Notes: generated by a model not told the origin, from the letters alone. A stretch of 63,299 nt of DNA, filler included, from Reticulomyxa filosa (GCA_000512085.1; 9 parts of 9 records of this genome joined end to end with filler, not necessarily neighbours in it), one strand, 5' to 3'. Counted from the whole stretch's first letter, positions 49,966-63,072 are shown. Numbers and translations are program-made.

Positions 49966-50751
49966 AAGGATTCAATGCAATTGAAATCAAAGTAAATACA
50001 AAAGAAATTACAACTAAGCGTATTGATATGCTTTGTCAAATATTATATAGCAAATAAATTTAGTCAATTCTAATATAATGTTCAAGGTATCATATTCATG
50101 TGATTATAACACTCTAACATAAATTGAAATAACTTCATGTGTAGTAATAATTATAATACAGCATTCAGAGGATTTTTGTTCGACTTAAGATTCTTCATAA
50201 ATTTATTTTGTTAGAGTGTACTAAGTATAATTCAATGTTGTAAAAAAACAAAAATATTGCAACTAATAAAATTGTAAAAAAAATAGATTGTATTTTGAAA
50301 CACTTGAAGATTTGTAGATATTTCAAAGATAATTTTGAAAAAATATTGATTTTTACATAGAAAACCAATAAGGTGCAATTTTCGTGTGTCAATACTTTTG
50401 TTTCGTTTGTCTTTACTTTGCATGTTTTGTTTTTCTTCTTAATTTTTTGCAATGGGTAACTAATCAATGTAAGTTTTGGAAAATAGCTTTTGAGTTTTCA
50501 AAGCTTTCCTTACAGTTATTATATCATTGCCCTACAAATATTGTGTTTTATGGAGAAATCGATAGTCATTTTATACACTATTTTAATATAATATAAAAAT
50601 ACATTCAAAATAATAACTTAAAGCCGAATGATGTATATTCGAAAGCGTTATTTTGTGGCCTGTGCTAGTGCACACAATTGTGGGTAACATCATAAAACTT
50701 GTAGTCGGTAATAACTAGGTTAAAAGGATATTTTCAGCAAAAAAATTAATA

Positions 50752-52333
50752 ATGTTGGACATGAAGAATTCAAGCCAAGTGGACAATACCACAGTTCCAC
50801 AATCCCCAAAACAAAATGAAATGGAACAAAATAGTCGTTTAGATAATCGAGTGAGAAATTACACGTGGCCAAAATGTGTTCGTCCAAGTGGAAGAGCGCA
50901 CTGGGGGGAATGGGAAGAAACGGATGTTGACCAAATACTTGTGCGATCTGCAGATTACTTTACAGTTGAAATGCATGCAGATAAGGGAAAATGAGCCAAA
51001 AAAAAAATTTATTTTTGGTGTAAGAACTATAGTTCCAACAGTTTGTGCTTTAAATGAATGAAGTCTAAAAAAAAAAAAAACTTATTAAAAATAAATAAAA
51101 AAGTCGCGACAAAAAACGAAATCAAAACGATCATTGTTTAAATTGGCATATCAAGAAATGATAATAGCAGAGTTGGAAGAGTCACAACATATGGCAAATA
51201 AGAAGCACTCTTGGTACAAAATAAGCCAACAGCAACTGCCTGAGGACACATTTCATTTGATAATAAATATCCAATTGAAGAGTTTGAATTTGGCGATAGT
51301 AAGTTATTTCGTGATGCGAACCGACGATGAGTTGTACAAAAGCTTGGAAGAGGAGACAGGGACGATGAGAGCACATCAGTCAACCAGTAGCGAGCATATT
51401 TCAACGGAAGAGACGGCGAATAAGAGCCACTCCGACGTCAATCCCACGACGAGCGAAAGCAGTGGCTCCATGAGTGCATTGGTGGACGAAACACTCGAAA
51501 GTGCAGATATGATGGAATTGAATGCAGAGCAGCTAACATTGTATAACCAGTTGATGGCATTGGAGGGGCAAAAGCTCGACAAACAGTATATCGTCGACAG
51601 CAATGTCGATGTCACTGTTGGCAGTATTGGTAATGTTGATCGTGTTGATAGTGCTGATGGTATTGTTGGTGAGAAGAAAGACATGTCTGATGGACGTAGC
51701 AATAACCAAAAGAAAAAAGAAGAAGAAAAAGAAAAGACGGACGACAACGATCCGACAGGGGGATATTATGTCAATCCGCGGATGCATTTGCCGAAAATCC
51801 ATTATAGACCTTTGGACGTCACTGTGAGTTTGCAGAAGTCGGAACCGAATGTCACTATGCATGGCAGCATTTGGAAACAGTTTCTTCGCAATGATCAACC
51901 TTTTATCAACAGCCGACTGAAATTGATACCGCATATTGTCAAGTCCCCTTGGTACTTACGTATACCGAACAAACCAGTCCTGCTCGGCAAGTACTCGCCC
52001 TCATCTACGTATCGCGGAGAAAACTACTTGGAGATTGACTTCCAAGCGGATTCCACCAAAATTGCTCAATCTATTGTCAAGGCCGCTCACACCGTTAGCA
52101 AAAAAATTGTCGTTGATATCGTTTGGGTCATTGAGGGTTGCCAGCTTGCAGAGCTGCCGGAGCGCTGCTTAGGAGGGGTCCGTCTCTTCAATGTCGATGC
52201 CTCCAAAGTCATGCGTTTGGGACAGTCGAGTGATCCTCCCTATGACTCCAACAATGATATTGACGCGCAAACCAGTACCGAAGATAGCCAACGTGATATG
52301 GAGGAACTCTTTCAAGAAATGGAAAAAGAGTAG
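50752..52333 (+). CDS. EDR2 C-terminal (DUF1336)-domain protein with a long acidic insertion; 2 exons
   Basis: VRSADYF, LIINIQL, SRLKLIPHIVKSPW, KPVLLGK, GENYLEID, VVDIVWVIEG..ELPERCLGGVRL. Confidence 0.85.
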
Positions 52334-53069
52334 CTGTTACTATATGCCTTTGCGTGTGGTGTTACTGTGTATTGTGTTCTTGTGTATGCGTGTGTCGGTC
52401 ACTGCTAACACTGATATCATAAACTGTCTTCGTTATATTATATCTACTTTTGGGCTGTACCGTCATCACTTTTGGATGCATTGACTGTGTGAAAAATATC
52501 ATTTGCAAACACTTTGTTTTCTTGCGGGTCTCTTTGTATCAAACAGTAGTATTTGCCTTTTTTTTGCTTTTATTTTCTGGGATTGTCCCAACAAATTTTG
52601 AAACTTTTTTTTCTGTTCTCCATGAATCTTAGTTTTTTATTTGAGTTGTTTGCTTGGGTTTTTTTTGGTGTATCTTTCATTGCCAAAACTCCTACTCTTT
52701 CTTTTTAGATGGTGTACTTTAGTGCTCTGCTTAAGCGCGCTTGATTCTGATGGTGTGCAGAACACTGAAAATTTAAGTGAAGGACTGGTCTGGACACGCA
52801 ATTTGAAGGCAAAAGCTGTATATCTCACATAATCTGATGATGGTTTTCCTTTTTTTGTTTTTGCTTGGTTTGGTTTTAATTGCACATTTATGTTGAAAGT
52901 GAAGTGAACAAAAGGACACTTCTATTGCGCAGTAAAATAAAAAAAGATAACACTGTCCGAAACAATATAAACTATTTGACACGAATGAAAGGGAACTAAA
53001 TTAGTTTTTAAATAAAAAAAGTTGCTATGTATCCACTAGAAAATTGTTTCAGTCAAAAAAAAGGGTATT

Positions 53070-55100
53070 TCAATTATCTTTTTTTTCCGAATTAGTTGCT
53101 TGACGATTAGTGAAAATAAGATAACTGTCCAAATTATCTGTGCAATCTATCCAATATGTATTCGACTGCAATCCGCTAGCAGGTGTTTTAACTTTGCATG
53201 AAAGGCATTGCTTTGAGCATTCCATGTTCAGAGCTTTACACCGGGTAACAATTTTTGTTGTCAGCTCATCCTTTTGTTCGGCCTTCATTCCAATACAATA
53301 TCTGTGCAATAAATAACAGCGGTAGTTAGACACAGAAGAAAAAAAGACCTTAATATAGTGTAAGCTGATAACCTTGGTGTTTCAACAATTGCTAAGGCAT
53401 TGTTTTTGATTGTTTTTGCCCCAATCTGATTTAATAAATGTAGTGAATAAGGTCCCCAAACGGTACAATGAAATAACTCATTATAGGCTTTTGACTTTTT
53501 TTCAAAAGTTGCTGCTAATTCTCCACTTAGCAAAGTTATTTTCAGTAAACCGTAGTTATTTTTTTGTGAGTCGCTGGTTAGCGACTCAAACATTTCCTTA
53601 ATGTTATGTTCTGAGACGTATTGTGCATTCTATTTCAAAAAGTAGAGCCACGCTTAGTTACCTTTTAGAAAAAACAGAGGGTGAAAAAAGAAACATTTCC
53701 GCAAAGGAAAAAACTCCTAACATGGAGGTGCTGTTGATTGGATATTTTAAACAATGACTTGTCCGCCTCTCTGCATTTGATTCCAAAGCTGAAAAACGGT
53801 GAATTGAGAATATCTGACCAATAACCTCGTAACAAAGCCGGATTATGGTTTTGCTTCTACGTAATATTTGTGACATGTTGAACATCTTGCAGAAAATGAG
53901 ATATTTTTTTAAAAAAGAAATAAAATTTGCTATTGGGAAGCATGACAAACAAGCCTACATTTTGAACACGAGCGTAAGTGTACAACGTTTTGTTTGGATA
54001 TTCATATTGACAATCTCTTATACGAAAGGCAATACCTTTGAGAAACAAGAATTATAAAAAAAAATAACGTAATTGCAAACGTTTTGCTTTTAAAAATAAC
54101 AAAGTTTTTAAAAAGGTTTGTGAAGAAGCAAACCTGTCTCCCTCCAATCCGTATATTGAATTTTGTGAATGATGGATGCATAAGGGAATACATTCATGAC
54201 ATAATCCCAGTCAATTAAATTTAGTCTTGCATCAAAGCGTTCTTTATAAAACTGCCTTAGTCGGTCATCTCGTGACCTTGCAATTTCGCAGGGTTGCTGG
54301 CAATCCGAACACCAATATTTTATTATTTGTTCGAGTTCATCTCTTTCTTTATATTTCAATTGGGAGCAATCCACCAATTTACTTAGCAATGACTCTTCTT
54401 TTTCTTGCAGCATGCTATGTAAACGCAGTTGGACTTGTGCACATTGAATATACGCATACGTATACGCGTACATATTTTTTGTTGTTTTTGTATTTGAACT
54501 TGAGTAAAATTTTAGCAATGTGTTGCAAGTAGTGATGTGTTTTAGAACGTAATAAAATGTTTCCATAAATTTCTAGAAACATTTGAGCTCGATCTTTATT
54601 TGTTTATTTCGTGACAACACTTCAACTAGAACTATGCCAGGAATGTCAAAAAAACCTTACTTACCTTGAATCGAAGTGGAGTAGTCCAGCGTGATTTGAA
54701 GAAACAAAAGATTACGTGCCAAGCCATACATGCAATGTTCCCACATGTACATCTGCAAATGTTTGTTTTTTTAAGTAAAATTTGGTGTTACGTGAACTTA
54801 ACAAAATAAAAAACATGCGTGGATAGGTCTTTGTTTTTCAGGCGGCAAAGCACTCCGTCCCCACATTGTATAAAGCAGATGACGAACGTCTCCAGTACCG
54901 ATACAACAAAAGCTTAAACTAGTTTGATCATCATTTTTTTCTTCAATCGATTTGCAGTAGCCGTTATACACACCAGTCAAATCTAAGGCAGGGCTGTAAC
55001 CTAATGTTCAAAAAGGACGTTGAAACTCTCCCGAAAAACAACATTTTTTTTTCTTTATACCCCACAGCTGTCTTTTCCCAAATTTTGATGCTGTCTGCAT
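53070..55100 (-). CDS. DNAAF3: Dynein axonemal assembly factor 3 (PF22), multi-exon
   Basis: WG-YSPALDL, GTGDVRHLLYT, LARNLLFL, FLEIYGN, LKYKERDELE, DDRLRQFYKERFDARLNLIDWDY, WRETG, YPNKTL, RGYWSDILNSPFFSFGI. Confidence 0.9.
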
Positions 55101-55473
55101 TGCCAGAAGAATATAATTTTCAGTAGAATAAGAAAAACTTTGTGTATTTAAAATCTGACGTCATTTACTCCTAATACGTATCTGTTTTATTTCCAAATGT
55201 GTATCGTTACCTGTTGTTCTTTAAAAACTGCTATTTTTTTAATTTTAAGCCATCAAAATAATCTCATTGACATGAAAATTATCAATATTTATATGAAATA
55301 TCCAATCATATGAAATGTTATCGACTACACATGAATTTTTTTGAGAATGTTTCTTCAAGAGAATCTGATCCACCCACGAAAGCGCTTTTTTTTCGTTAAA
55401 AAAACGAATTAACAATCCAAAAAAGCCAAAAAAAAAAAAAATAAGATGATAAAAAAAAACAAAAAGAAAAATT

Positions 55474-57132
55474 TTATTGAGGATCAGGGCTAATACTTTG
55501 TACTTTGATTCTTTTGTTGAACGGCCTTGAGATATGAGAAACGGATTTATCTTCATTTTTAGATTTCGGGGTATCAGTTTGTTGCATTTCTTGCAAATTT
55601 CTTTTAGCCCGTTTTTTTTGTTTTTTCTCTTGTTTTTTCTCTTGTCCTTTCTCTTGTTTTTTCCTTTCTTGTTTCTGCATTCGCTTTTTTTTGCTGCTTT
55701 TTTTGCTTTTCTTTATTTCTTTGCCGTCGTTCCGATTTGATTTGTTTTACATTGGTAGGGATTACGTTCAAGGTGGTGTTGTTTCTCTTTTTTCCTTCAT
55801 CAAGTGCATTATAGCGATAAAAATGCAGCTTCTGCCAAGGGTCTTCATCTCCGAGAGATAAGGAATCGAGATCTATTGAAAAGCAAATTGCGAAGCAATT
55901 GAATCAAGAGGATACTGTGCGTATAAAAAAAAAAAAAAAAAAGATTAACATCTTAACTTAAGATGGATTGTTGGTAGCGGCTCTTACAAATCTGAAAAGC
56001 GTCATGAACAAAATTAGTGATTTCGTTCCACGTGTCATCCTCAATATGTCGGGCCACATTGTTATTATAATCTACGGGGTCAAGAATTACACATTTGCTT
56101 TCACAGGCGTGATATGGTTTCCCGTTCGTCTCTATTCGTTCCAACAATTAATTATACATCAAAGTCATTTGAGTTTGCAAAAAAAATTAAAAAAAACAAA
56201 CCTGCGCTTGTGATTTGAATGTGATTTTTCTTCCAATCGAATTCTAATATGAATCGAAAGAAAGCATAGAGTAAGCCACCCAATTGATATTGAGATTGGG
56301 TTTGCTTCGTGATGTCTTGTGTCTCCTCTTTGTCCTGTTGCTTATAGACAATTGAAAGAGGATACACTGGAATTATCTTGTACTTTTGTAACAACTTTAA
56401 TGCCAAAATTGTTATGCCAAACGAGTTGAAATATCCGCAATATGCGTCGACCAACTTACAGCTCTTTGCCCAATGCTTCACCGCGATTACAAACGGCTTC
56501 ACCAAAGGATGGCTATTCATGTATTTCTTCATATATGCATTTGTGACTGATACCAATGGCGTCGTTACCGAGATATCGGCTTCAAAACGTGTATCTGAAC
56601 GATACACACATCTTATTATTGGAACGCGTGCAAACAATACAGCGGCTGTCTAAAGATCATATACATATATATATATATATATTTTTTTTTAATTGTTTAC
56701 GAATCACTACTTCGAAAATAAAATGACGTTGAAAAAGGGTGTATTACTAAAAAAAAAATTTTGACCCCTATGGAAAATCGCAACTATACAAATCGGTGTC
56801 AGCTGGAATTTCAACTCTTGAATCACCCTTCTGATTCGTTGTTTGTTGTTTTGGGAATTCGGATCCAATTCTGGCAGGAGAATTCCAATATCTAAATCAC
56901 TGCCTATGGTACTAATTCCCCACGCTGTACTTCCGAAGATCACCAAAGCACTTGGTTTCAAATTTATTTTTTTTAGCGCTTGGTGAACGGACTGTTTTAG
57001 AACTTCTTCAAAATGTTTTTGAGCGAGCAAATATGGGTCCTTTGGTGTATGGTGCTCATAATGTTCCCATAACCTCTCCGAAAAATCTTTCCAAATTTTT
57101 TCTTGGGATATAATATTGGAGGTGTCTTCCAT
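55474..57132 (-). CDS. Non-canonical poly(A)/poly(U) polymerase (Cid1/TUTase-like) with Lys-rich tail; multi-exon
   Basis: FGS..GSDLDI, ARVPII, EADIS, VKHWAK, LGGLLYAFFRF and ILDPVDYNNNVA (PAP-associated domain). Confidence 0.9.
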
Positions 57133-57462
57133 TATTTAGTTCGAAAGTTTTTTTTGGGCTGCCGTTGGATTGCAATCTTTTACCCTTTTGCTTAATACAG
57201 AAATCGAAAAATGATTTTGCAGGGGCCAATAATAATGTGAAACTATTTCTTCCCGTACATGCTTGTATAACTGTGACAAATAGAGATTTTTTCCAGTTAG
57301 CGTTGCTGTTAACTTGGAAATTTGGTGCGTGATGGTTATTTCAATATTTGTAAAAATATGAACTTTATTTTCCGTTGTGATTAGTAGAGTATCAAAACTT
57401 GGGTTCTAAAAAAATTTTTTTACAAGGAAAAAAAAAATTGATAATTTTACTTGGTTTATGAA

Positions 57463-58624
57463 ATGACTGCCTCGAAGCAGCTGTCCTATAGTGATACTCC
57501 ATACAACATCTATTTCGATACTTTACCTCCCTTGCCCAGTTCACTTGGGTGGGGCCAAGTTGTGCCGTTCAAAAACGAGCTGATTATTTGTGGTTGTGAA
57601 AAAAACGAGTGTTATTCGTACCACACCCAAAGAAAGGAATATAAGCATATATGTTTTTATCCCTCAGATATATATCTCCACCACTTTGTACTACTTGCAT
57701 ATCCTTACGCAAGCGACTCAGATACCATCACGCTACTTGCATTTGGTGGTCATCGAGGGGATACCTACCACACCACAACAATGCAATATAAAAGTGTGTG
57801 GGACCAAAACACTAACGAATGGGTCCCTCTAGGAAATTACGCAACCTTTGGAATGGAGCGTTACTATGATTTGGATGGAGCTCGAGGATTGATCGGGGGG
57901 TTAAACAATGACTTATTATTTACAACACGTTCGGAAAATAACGTCGACGTTATTAGTTTGGGTACGTATAAATATATAAACACCGAAGAAAATGTTTTGC
58001 CGGTGAAAAAAAAACTAAAATGGCTCGGTTTCATTGTTTTCTCTCAATAAGTCCCAATGAATTTATTTTCATTTCGCGACATAAAAGTCTTTTAATCCAT
58101 TATAATGAACAAAAGAAACGTTTTTCGTATGAGACCTTGCCAGCATGTCCATTTTTGAAAAATTGCTGGATGTGTACGTACTTTCGTTTCGAGGACTCTA
58201 TTTTTATTCTTGGAGGGAGAAATTGTACCGACAAAATTTTGATATTTGCTATCAAAGAAAGAAGATGGCATGAGTCGCATATCAGATTGCCATTTCCAAT
58301 GTCCGGTATTGCCGCTGTCGTCTGCGACGCTGACTCCACTGTTCACATTTTTGGGGGCAAGGACAAACATCGTCGAGATCTACGTATCCATTTCACGATT
58401 GACCTTTCACATTTAAGAGGAGTTGAGTTTACTTCCTTTTCCTTCCAATCTTTTTTATATTGTGTTGTAATGTAAGCCCATTTGATTCATTTTGTTTTGC
58501 GGTCGCGAAGTTGACCTTGAACAGCATTCGATTCATTTGTGCATACTGGTTTCGGAATTGCACTCTACAGAAAATTGGATGGATTCACGAATTTCATCTT
58601 ATTATCTTGTGGTATTGCAACTAA
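57463..58624 (+). CDS. Kelch-like beta-propeller protein of a lineage-expanded family; apparent 1-nt deletion in the A-run at ~58006-58014
   Basis: FDTLPPLP, ELIICG, CYSYHT..EYKHICFYP, LLAFGG, IFILGG, VHIFGG; last exon YWFRN..KIGWIHEF. Recalled as typical of Reticulomyxa families. Confidence 0.75.
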
Positions 58625-60667
58625 ACACTAGTTTTTTTTTGTATATTGTCAGTTAGCAGCTCTATTCTTTCTTTCTTTTTTTTTGGCGAGTCCTTTCTTC
58701 GGATTGTTGGCAAACTCTAATGTTTTTGTTTTTCAGATTGCAATTTAAAGCCTTCCCTTCGTTTGCATTTTTGTTATTGATTTTTCTCTTTTATTTGTTT
58801 TAGTTCAATAACAGAGATTCGGGAAAAAATTGCAGTTTATTTTTAATTCTTATTGTCCATATTTTTAAACCTTTTTTGCATCACTAATTCCACTAACACC
58901 GATACAAGATAGACAACTGCCTATATTTGCTATCTTCATTATTATGCTACCGTTAACACTTCTTTTTACAGTTTTTTCACATTGCTATTCAATTATTGTT
59001 TTTCATTTTTATTGTTACGTGTTAAATGCGTAATTTACTGTTGCAATCATTTGTATGGTATTAACTATTATCACTTTTATTCGTAATTGAATGAAGTGTC
59101 AATATGTCAATCGCTGCTACACCTTTTTCTTTCTTACAAAATAGTTACTGTTTTATTTGATTTTAGATAGTTTGGTGAAAATTTCAAATTTAAATGTTTT
59201 TCTTTTTGATTACTTTTATTTAAAACAAATTTCCGCCTAAGAAAACATTATAAAGATTTGATATTTCTCAAGAATTGTATTTATTTGCATGACTGACAAT
59301 CGTATGCAAGATGTAGCGTTTACTTTGAAACAACGAAGTCGATGTTTTATCCTGTGTCAAAAGGATAACATTGTTAAGTATTTGAAACTGGTAAGAGATG
59401 AAAATTCTAAAAAATATTATTCAAGAAAACGTTAACAATAAAAAAAATGTTTAACATCATAAATGCCAAACAACAGAAAACTAGATATGGCGGAAAACAA
59501 AAAAAGTTAGTTATGCCATAAGCCCAAAGTTCAAAATGGTAATCTAAACTACAAGTTCATAATGTGGAAGTCAAAGAATTACAAATAGAAAGCAACTAAA
59601 GTAAACGAATACGGAAAAATGAGGACACATAAACATAAACAAAAATGTGTATGTGGTTGCAAACTCCAAATACAATTTGCCAAATGGATAAGTAAAAACG
59701 AGAAATAAGAAACTGGAACTGTAGGGATACTCCTATGTCATTTCATCTTTTTTTAAATTAAACAATAAAACTCATTTTCTCTTTTCTCAAAAACTTACTT
59801 TCCTGCTCCAGATTCTCTAAGAACCCAAACAAAAGAAAAAGTTACCATTCATAATATTTAACTATCATACAAATTGTAGCTATTTTTATTTTTTATTTAA
59901 TTTAAAATTGAATTAATTAATACCACTTTTGTATTTCAAAGTCATACAAAAAATTGAGAAAATTTGCACACATAATGATAAGGATAATCAGTTGACATAA
60001 TATACTAACACATATTGCGATATTCATAGTATGACTAAAGCAATTGCACTTTTTGTTTATCTAAATACAGGAGTGAACACTTAAATGTAATGAAAAGTTG
60101 TTACTGGAATGAACTTTCAACAAAACAAAAGTAAATTAATAAGAAGATAAAGCACAAGATACAAGACAAAAATGAAAATAAAGAAACAAGGAAAAGACTT
60201 TCGGTGAAAGTGAAAAGGAAAAGTTTTAGTGACAAAAAGGTTCAAGTACCGTCACACTTTGGTCACAGTTAAAGAGCGTTGCCCTGCATAAACTTGAAAT
60301 TTTTTGTTTGTTTTATGTGAGTGCTACGCCATGTTCGGATAGGGATGCAAATGATTGTAATTTTAACACTGATTGAATTTAATCTCAACAGTTATATTTT
60401 GCTTCGCAAAATCGAAACTCGAAACCTTTCTGAGCCTAAACACAAAGAAAAAATGTTGGTGTTTGACAGTGACAATCAACTTTTTTATTAATTAAATATA
60501 AAAGCAAGAATAAGCAAATCAATTGCAATTTTTTATAAAATAGATAAAACTGGAGTGAACAACGCAAAGCTAAGAGCGCTCACTGGTGTGTTTGTTGAAC
60601 GTTCGACCCCTGGTCGGAAATTTAGGAATCTTTTGCCAAAGATCTCCCTTTTAGATTACATTCAGTA

Positions 60668-62089
60668 ATGAATGATACGTGGAGTTGTAGCTGTTGTACT
60701 CTTATAAATCCAAATACAACAAAAACTTGTTCTGTCTGTGGAACAATATCAGAACAGCCAGCACCACTGTCAGGATGGATAAAAAAAAAAGTGAAAGGAA
60801 GTAAAGCAGTGCATAGTGAAGAAACAAAAGAGAACATGAAAGAAGTGAAGAAAGAAAAAAAAAAAAGAGGACGAATAATCTACCAAACAGACAAAATAAC
60901 TGACGGACAAGTTGCACAAATGTTCGAAGACTACATAACAAATCCAAGTAAGTACACAATTATAGTATTTGGAGACAATGACGTGGATGCACTGCGACCG
61001 AATGACACGGAAAGGGAATACAATGGTGGTTTGGCAAGCGTCTGTGGTATATTTGATCGAAGCGTGTGTTATGGGATCGTGACGACCTATTACACATGGG
61101 CCGGAACAATGAAAAATGAAAATAGAGGAAGGAGACCACGATGGAATGATTTCAAGGCCCGAATAAACCAACATTTTGAGGAGCTTGAGACTAAGTATAT
61201 TAATAATGGACACGACATAATTATACCTGCACCCAATCACGAAGATTTATGCCACCCTCTGTGGGGCCCACATTACTTTGACATTGACAGATTATTGGGG
61301 ACAAAGCAACAAATCATTTTCCACAATTTGGGCACCGGCATTGCGCAGCTGCCATCGCAATACCTGAAATATATTCAATTTAAAATTGATCAATTGCAAG
61401 CACATGCGCTGCAAGGATGGGAGAGTGATGCTGAGTCGGCATGTGTCAATCATGGCAAGAATACTGACATTGCTATGGATATTGACATTGACATTGACAA
61501 TCATACACTCAATTCCAAATCCAAATTGCATTACAATGATAATAATGACAATGGCGATGTGGAAATGAAAAGAATGGAGTCGATCAATTATTGGAGCCAG
61601 TACGAACAATCAAAAGAAATGGAGAGTGTTGCATTTGAACATTATAACTCGGGAGAGCACGTTCGCGTGTTTGATGAAAATGCCCAGCAGTGGTTCGATG
61701 GAGTCATTCATGGCTTGGAGCGCGTGGACGAAGACACGAAATGCCAAGAACCGAGCTATTTTGTGGAAGTCCAAAAACACTCGTTTGTCGGGGAATCCTA
61801 CTCGTATTTCCTCCAAGTCACGCCCAAGGATCTACGGAAGCAGAGATGTGAGCCGTCCGCAAATGACACCGACGAGTGGGAACAAAAGAACGATTTTGTT
61901 TTCACCGAGTATATTCGGTCGGTACTGGACACCATCGACAACCCTTTTCAAAATGTGGAGGGGTTCATTCAACAAATGGAGGCACTCGGAGTCGAAACAG
62001 AGCGCTCACGAAGTAGAGCCTTTCGTTTGTTAGATGATTTAAAAAAAGAGAGGATGTCTGAAGATGAAGTTTTTTTTAATTTTTTTTAA
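60668..62089 (+). CDS. NZF/RanBP2 zinc finger, macrodomain-like domain and Tudor/SH3-like domain; probably continues past an intron at ~62069
   Basis: WSCSCCTLINPNTTKTCSVCG; IIVFGDND..NGGLA..YGIVT..IIIP..LGTGIAQLP; GEHVRVFDENAQQWFDGVI. Confidence 0.7.
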   Translation: MNDTWSCSCCTLINPNTTKTCSVCGTISEQPAPLSGWIKKKVKGSKAVHSEETKENMKEVKKEKKKRGRIIYQTDKITDGQVAQMFEDYITNPSKYTIIVFGDNDVDALRPNDTEREYNGGLASVCGIFDRSVCYGIVTTYYTWAGTMKNENRGRRPRWNDFKARINQHFEELETKYINNGHDIIIPAPNHEDLCHPLWGPHYFDIDRLLGTKQQIIFHNLGTGIAQLPSQYLKYIQFKIDQLQAHALQGWESDAESACVNHGKNTDIAMDIDIDIDNHTLNSKSKLHYNDNNDNGDVEMKRMESINYWSQYEQSKEMESVAFEHYNSGEHVRVFDENAQQWFDGVIHGLERVDEDTKCQEPSYFVEVQKHSFVGESYSYFLQVTPKDLRKQRCEPSANDTDEWEQKNDFVFTEYIRSVLDTIDNPFQNVEGFIQQMEALGVETERSRSRAFRLLDDLKKERMSEDEVFFNFF

Positions 62090-62101
62090 TTAGTTAATTC
62101 C

Positions 62102-62139
<38 letters not shown>

Positions 62140-62239
62140 NNNNNNNNNNNNNNNNNNNNNNNNNNNNNNNNNNNNNNNNNNNNTTAATTAATTAANNNNN
62201 NNNNNNNNNNNNNNNNNNNNNNNNNNNNNNNNNNNNNNN
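62140..62239. other. Artificial contig spacer
   Basis: N44-TTAATTAATTAA-N44. Confidence 0.99.
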
Positions 62240-63007
62240 GATACCTCGGCCGTGGCCATGGCTGCCGCGCTGAACGCCGACGAATGCCAGATCTACACCG
62301 ACGTGGATGGCGTGTACACCACCGACCCGCGCGTGGTGCCGGAAGCCCGCCGCCTGAAGACCATCACCTTCGAGGAGATGATCGAGATGGCCAGCCTGGG
62401 TTCCAAGGTGCTGCAGATCCGCTCGGTAGAGTTTGCCGGCAAATACAAGGTACGCCTGCGCGTGCTCTCCAGTTTCGAAGACGAGGGCGAAGGCACACTG
62501 ATTACGTTTGAGGAAGATGAAAACATGGAAAAGGCCGTAGTGGCAGGTATCGCGTTTGACCGTAACGAAGCACGCATCAACGTGAAAGGCGTACCGGACA
62601 AGCCGGGCATCGCTTACCAGATCCTGGGCCCGATCGCCGACGCCAACATCGAAGTGGACATGATCATCCAGAATGTCGGCGAGAACGGTACCACCGACTT
62701 CTCCTTCACCGTGCCGCGTGGCGAATACCAGCAGGCGCTGTCCATCCTGCGTGACGTGCAGACCCACATCGGTGCCGGCAAGATCGACTCCGACGACAAG
62801 GTTGCCAAGGTGTCCATCGTGGGCGTGGGCATGCGTTCGCACTGCGGCGTGGCCTCCACCATGTTCCGTACCCTGGCGGAAGAGGGCATCAATATCCAGA
62901 TGATCTCCACCTCCGAAATCAAGGTGTCGGTACTGATCGACGAGAAGTACCTGGAGCTGGCCGTACGCGTGCTGCACAAGGTGTTTGGCCTGGATCAGCC
63001 GGCCTAA
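62240..63007 (+). CDS. lysC: Aspartate kinase, 5'-truncated (bacterial, probably Betaproteobacteria/Neisseriales)
   Basis: [36 protein letters not shown], two ACT domains (GVPDKPGIA; [12 protein letters not shown]; [10 protein letters not shown]); high GC3. Confidence 0.97.
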   Translation, partial: DTSAVAMAAALNADECQIYTDVDGVYTTDPRVVPEARRLKTITFEEMIEMASLGSKVLQIRSVEFAGKYKVRLRVLSSFEDEGEGTLITFEEDENMEKAVVAGIAFDRNEARINVKGVPDKPGIAYQILGPIADANIEVDMIIQNVGENGTTDFSFTVPRGEYQQALSILRDVQTHIGAGKIDSDDKVAKVSIVGVGMRSHCGVASTMFRTLAEEGINIQMISTSEIKVSVLIDEKYLELAVRVLHKVFGLDQPA

Positions 63008-63029
63008 GCAAAATTATTGCAAGTAGTGC

Positions 63030-63058
63030 TTGACAGGGGGCGTCGTGTTAATTAATAT
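63030..63058 (+). promoter_or_regulatory. Sigma70-type promoter of the tRNA operon
   Basis: TTGACA (63030-63035), 17-nt spacer, TAATAT (63053-63058), then GGCG discriminator, just upstream of tRNA-Ser. Confidence 0.75.
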
Positions 63059-63072
63059 GGCGTTCTCTTGAC

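Noticed and set aside
58700-60560. AT-rich ORF-free stretch (similar regions at 25400-26250 and 40100-40900)
   Set aside because: No structure, periodicity or recognisable coding remnant that I could support.
60565-60620. GTTCGACCCCTGGTCGGAA resembling a tRNA T-arm or B-box
   Set aside because: Could not fold a cloverleaf; no matching acceptor stem or T-stem 5' strand.
62192-62977. 261-aa minus-strand ORF opposite lysC
   Set aside because: Typical stop-free antisense shadow of a high-GC3 gene; no motifs.
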